In this document: one piece after another, positions 63,121-64,000 of the stretch
How the letters are laid out: the number at the start of each line of letters is the position of its first letter
How positions within the stretch are numbered: the stretch's first letter is position 1
Origin: Paraphysomonas bandaiensis
Taxonomy: Eukaryota; Protista; Chrysophyceae
Direction: 5' to 3'
NCBI GenBank assembly: GCA_965644295.1
Contig: CBFFRP010000080.1
Coordinates: 124,001-188,000 of the forward strand
DNA length: 64,000 nt
Translations under genes and position numbers: made by a program
Notes under the pieces: generated by a model
What the model was told of the DNA's origin: nothing
Database searches by the model: none
What the model saw: the letters and a program-made list of their open reading frames with translations, nothing else

Positions 63121-64000
63121 TTCTACTACTCCTCCGATTCCTTTTATTGTTTCATTAATTAGTTCACTTAATACAGGGTCACTGGAAGCATTGATAACAG
63201 TTCCAAGTTTCCAAACTGTATATTATAAAATTAACGATAGTATTGATATAACAGATAATATATTACCTCATTTACAGCACCGGCTTTCGTTGCAGTCTCT
63301 TGTAGAGGGGTATACTACCAACGTTTGTGTGGTAGCAGGTATATTCAACCCTAACGCAAATTTCGTTACTGTTGAGACTGCAGCGGAGATAACATTAAAA
63401 TGAAATGGCAAGAAATTTTTACATCCATTTACGATCCCACTAGTTCTGTGATAAAGTTGTCAATAATCAACCAATGTGAAGCGCTCGGCGATATTTGGGT
63501 GCTTCTACATTAGTAGATTTAGATAGCGCATTTGGTGCTACGTCTTTTATTTTACAAGATGTCGCTTCTCAATTTTTACTAATTTCTGTTATTGACTCTA
63601 GAGAACTAGTCATACGATTACAGTTTATAAAAAATAATTAAATTTGCTAGTCATAAGCGTAGCTACTTGCTTGAGATATATATGAGTGATGTGTGGGATA
63701 TATGATATACTTAGATCTAGGAATAAGTGGAGTATGAGATAAATAATAATTAGTGATAAAGCTTTGATAAAGAAGTTTTATGCTACTCCTCAACCAATTG
63801 TGGGCAACTGCTACAGGTATTCCTCGCAATGCCAGGCACAAGTACGGTGTTTATCGCACAAGCACAGCACGCAATATTAATATAATGCTAGTAATGCGGC
63901 CATTCAACGGTATTTCGTTGTACTACTGAATAATTATGCATTTCGGTAAACCCTTATTCGTTTATATTAAGTGTTACAGCAAGGCGTTCATGTCACAGCT

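Overview
Eukaryotic nuclear DNA with many short (about 45-60 nt) GT-AG introns. It most likely comes from a flagellated unicellular protist; BBS5, a Crypton-type remnant and the gene style suggest a stramenopile (inference). About 14 protein genes are present, often in head-to-head pairs. Recognisable genes: a small PH-domain protein, a ThrE-family transporter, TM9SF3, ribonucleotide reductase large subunit, BBS5, GPI8/PIG-K and a GNAT acetyltransferase. Less familiar genes: an NYN+LOTUS (MARF1-like) protein, a large EF-hand/PDZ protein, an N-acylated EF-hand protein, an IQ-motif protein, a kinesin-3/KIF28-like protein and a ~3,840-aa coiled-coil protein. AT-rich intergenic blocks hold transposon debris: hAT elements and MITEs with 8-bp TSDs, a 5'-truncated LINE with a 14-bp TSD, a Crypton remnant and an unclassified dispersed repeat. 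The most interesting observations are the giant protein with an apparently unnamed ~900-aa LPxG repeat domain in one 10.9-kb exon, a kinesin with all catalytic switch motifs degenerate but a CaaX tail, an NYN-LOTUS protein lacking the catalytic aspartates, a 52-bp hAT micro-element, and a one-ended hAT fragment still flanked by a perfect 8-bp duplication. No CRISPR array, rRNA or convincing tRNA was seen. Family calls rest on motif recognition by eye, not database searches.
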